Both the position numbers and the translations under genes were made by a program. Shown one piece after another: positions 62,801 to 64,000 of a DNA stretch of 64,000 nt (position 1 is the first letter of the stretch; each line of letters starts with the position of its first letter). The notes under the pieces are model-generated. The model ran no database searches. It was not told the origin of the DNA and was given only the letters and a program-made list of their open reading frames with translations. Source of the stretch: Thecamonas trahens ATCC 50062 (Eukaryota; Protista; Apusomonadida); assembly GCF_000142905.1 (NCBI RefSeq), contig NW_013657611.1:70946-134945 (forward strand), in the 5' to 3' direction.

Positions 62801-64000
62801 ATGACAATTATCTTTGGGTTTTCGACAGGGGCGTCGTTCCGGCGCTATGTCGAGTCTGCGTCGGACGCCGAGTCTGCCCCGCTACTTGTTGTCGAGTACC
62901 ACACCGGGTTTACTGGCCCGCGCGAGTATGTGGGTGCGGTGTACATGGGCGACGCGACCGATGGCGGCGTTGGGACTGTGAATGACATGTCTGGCGGGTT
63001 TCGGCTGAGCCTGGACCTTGCCTCGGGCGGGTCGTACACGCTCTCGCTTATGCATTCGCTTGTGGGCAACGCGATCGACGCAAGGAACGAGCGGGTGACG
63101 TCGCTGCTGAGGGTCAACGGAGCGTACGTTGGAAACTCTGTGGGCACCGAGGGTGTGCAGATGCTGGAGGAGCTGACTTCTTCCGGAGTCAGTGCTCCGA
63201 CGACGTCGTCGTTTGTACTCGCACTTCCAGCAGGAAGCAACGTCATCGAGTTCGGTGGCTACCTGTCACGGAGGCGCAACCAGAACGATTTTGCGGTGGC
63301 ACTCTTTGACAACGTGCAGCTCACGACAAACGACTTTGTGTCGTCGTGCGGGACAGCCAATCTCGAGTATAACTACGAGTGGTGGGCGCCGTCATGCTCG
63401 CTCACAGCGCCGTGCTCTACGACGCAGCTGTCGTCGGGACTCTGCGATCCGGTGATCACACTCTTTGCGCAGAACGAAAAGTGCTGCCTCGAGCTCGATG
63501 TCTTGCTCCCGAAGGAGGTACCCGGCGTTCGGCTCAATACCTCTGCAGTGGCGGTGATGGAGCCAGCGTCTGGATTTGTCGACTATGTCCTCGGAATCCA
63601 TCTCGCGTTTGACGGAGAAGTGGACATTGATGTGGCGCTTGCTGTCGTGGCTGGAACGGCCACACCAGGCGTAGACTATGACTTGGTCACCACGAACGTC
63701 TTCTTTCCGGCTGGTACCGAGACCGGAGCCGTTCTTGTGAGGATCTACCAGGACGGCATCTACGAGGGCCACATGGAGGGCGCAGCCGACGAGCTCTTCA
63801 CGGTTGTGATTGTCAACACGACGGCTGGAGCAGCCATTCTCTCGCCATCAGCAACCGAAGTAGGTATTCGGGACACAACGCCACCTCCAAGTCCGCCTCC
63901 GCCGCCGAGCCCACCGCCGCCGAGTCCGCCACCGCCGCCGAGTCCGCCTCCCCCGAGTCCGCCTCCGCCACCGAGTCCTCCTCCGCCGAGTCCGCCTCCG
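59807..64000 (+). CDS. Giant surface/secreted protein (3' end beyond window): FlgD-Ig-like, Calx-beta, PA14, bacterial beta-sandwich module, Calx-beta, Ser-Pro stalk
   Basis: Manual translation gives a stop-free frame of about 1400 codons, not in the ORF track. Signal WWTILLVLATILVVAVPPVGG; VLWDGTDSSGVTVANGYY; YATVDGTATAGVDY...EVDEDFYV; YGVAISGWIRVAQTDTYTFQVAGNDAVELWL; GTATPGVDY...DGIYEG. Confidence 0.88.
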   Translation, partial: MATPGRRKSHRMTSLDDQDSSWWTILLVLATILVVAVPPVGGDGTDILGVQQALGAETVMFVDVVDFTCEMIQWQGRDELYVYRPSDSLLVATLLWTGGAAASYSPTENGAFELRLNADQIAGDVWDVSINDNCASSLVGGRLWSRQWYFAAASFGASDATDVSMWAVFLTSLGNKLVETRFEGLAGYVYELGATSDGIASHTPAFKSAPQTGNSIVPEIPLYLKSPDHIPLADTQPTIEFDDVVYVTVGCGDFGSECPTLVNGQIHPRFRFNTDAGGGRYRIVCDTNGDGNLNIVDGSDTVLSGDTVAGANEVLWDGTDSSGVTVANGYYLCEVWVFLAEIHFPMIDVETIYPGMRMFSYFNSVPTPQVMFWNDEDVDAPITMPNGETGATTSGCCGMDSTNDPNAVANVNARAWGNFASGSKGDQAIINTFSFVERSVSVPLNISVGGLSECPQPSVYILNTNVLEKDTGAVSVTIDIVLTSVISSNVDISYATVDGTATAGVDYVTTGGTITLVPDNYCYSVTVDITPDTELEVDEDFYVDIAYAGAGASPIVFRQARSVVTIINDDDNCGVVEPPPHEWPGLVMEVYDEVPGSTVLDLTRSNAYITQSPGCIDPDVTSLEQNPGTGRCGQTQMSSYNYGVAISGWIRVAQTDTYTFQVAGNDAVELWLGADEASLILAAFNTQPNTDESSYGEAASQTSSPMALAANELLFVRVLYKEGDLESPPNDFYSVAWFGTSVSTTAAPLAHAGTYGETFFHNSTSAVGFETDDACCTSRIVETEVRALRTDADPCSGQLFGNVTNTIDLSPQSTGTSVTFDIAETHELEYVTEDLFADLGTADVSGQVFSGRIRQPISTKVRVTAGNDNGFERASDGNVWTNWGFLLMGSWMMAVTFDDVAVPQGATITNAYIELEGDNNGGQDTGTGVIVPIWANNVDNAGTIPTGNSGISSLAPTPTSVNWVDVPEFVYTARYKTPNIGPVVQDVVSRGGWRSGNSMTIIFGFSTGASFRRYVESASDAESAPLLVVEYHTGFTGPREYVGAVYMGDATDGGVGTVNDMSGGFRLSLDLASGGSYTLSLMHSLVGNAIDARNERVTSLLRVNGAYVGNSVGTEGVQMLEELTSSGVSAPTTSSFVLALPAGSNVIEFGGYLSRRRNQNDFAVALFDNVQLTTNDFVSSCGTANLEYNYEWWAPSCSLTAPCSTTQLSSGLCDPVITLFAQNEKCCLELDVLLPKEVPGVRLNTSAVAVMEPASGFVDYVLGIHLAFDGEVDIDVALAVVAGTATPGVDYDLVTTNVFFPAGTETGAVLVRIYQDGIYEGHMEGAADELFTVVIVNTTAGAAILSPSATEVGIRDTTPPPSPPPPPSPPPPSPPPPPSPPPPSPPPPPSPPPPSPPP
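63881..64000 (+). repeat. Coding SPPP(P) extensin-like repeat
   Basis: Repeated agt/agc ccg cct ccg units encoding PPPSPPPPPSPPPP to the window end. Confidence 0.92.

Overview
GC-rich, very gene-dense, intron-poor eukaryotic DNA from a flagellated protist. The composition, poly-C/poly-G and CA-repeat intergenic tracts and gene set suggest an apusomonad such as Thecamonas, but this is inference only. About 30 protein-coding genes are present, with one 100-N assembly gap and no supportable tRNA, rRNA, CRISPR array or transposon. Recognisable genes include a rhodanese-methyltransferase, a DnaJ protein, a DUF1769-PH-DUF547 protein, PdxH-like, M6PR/Atg27-like, a persulfide dioxygenase-DUF442 fusion, RING-H2, FIBP, LRR, a POT peptide transporter, an MTCH-like carrier, CDC23, DNAI2, a multi-DCX protein, RIC1, a front-end desaturase, two tandem atypical Ras/Rap GTPases, a Ttd14/AAA_28 protein, ZFP36-like, RPS7, two F-box fusions, WNK, acid ceramidase/NAAA, an LC8-family dynein light chain and sphingosine kinase. 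Two large genes run off the window edges and are missing from the supplied ORF track. At the left is a membrane protein carrying a bacterial AapJ/BztA-like amino-acid-binding domain. At the right is a giant surface protein built from bacterial-type modules plus an SPPP stalk. Several genes have frameshifts at homopolymer or dinucleotide runs, or in-frame TAGs, most likely assembly errors. All family assignments are from motif recognition; no searches were run.
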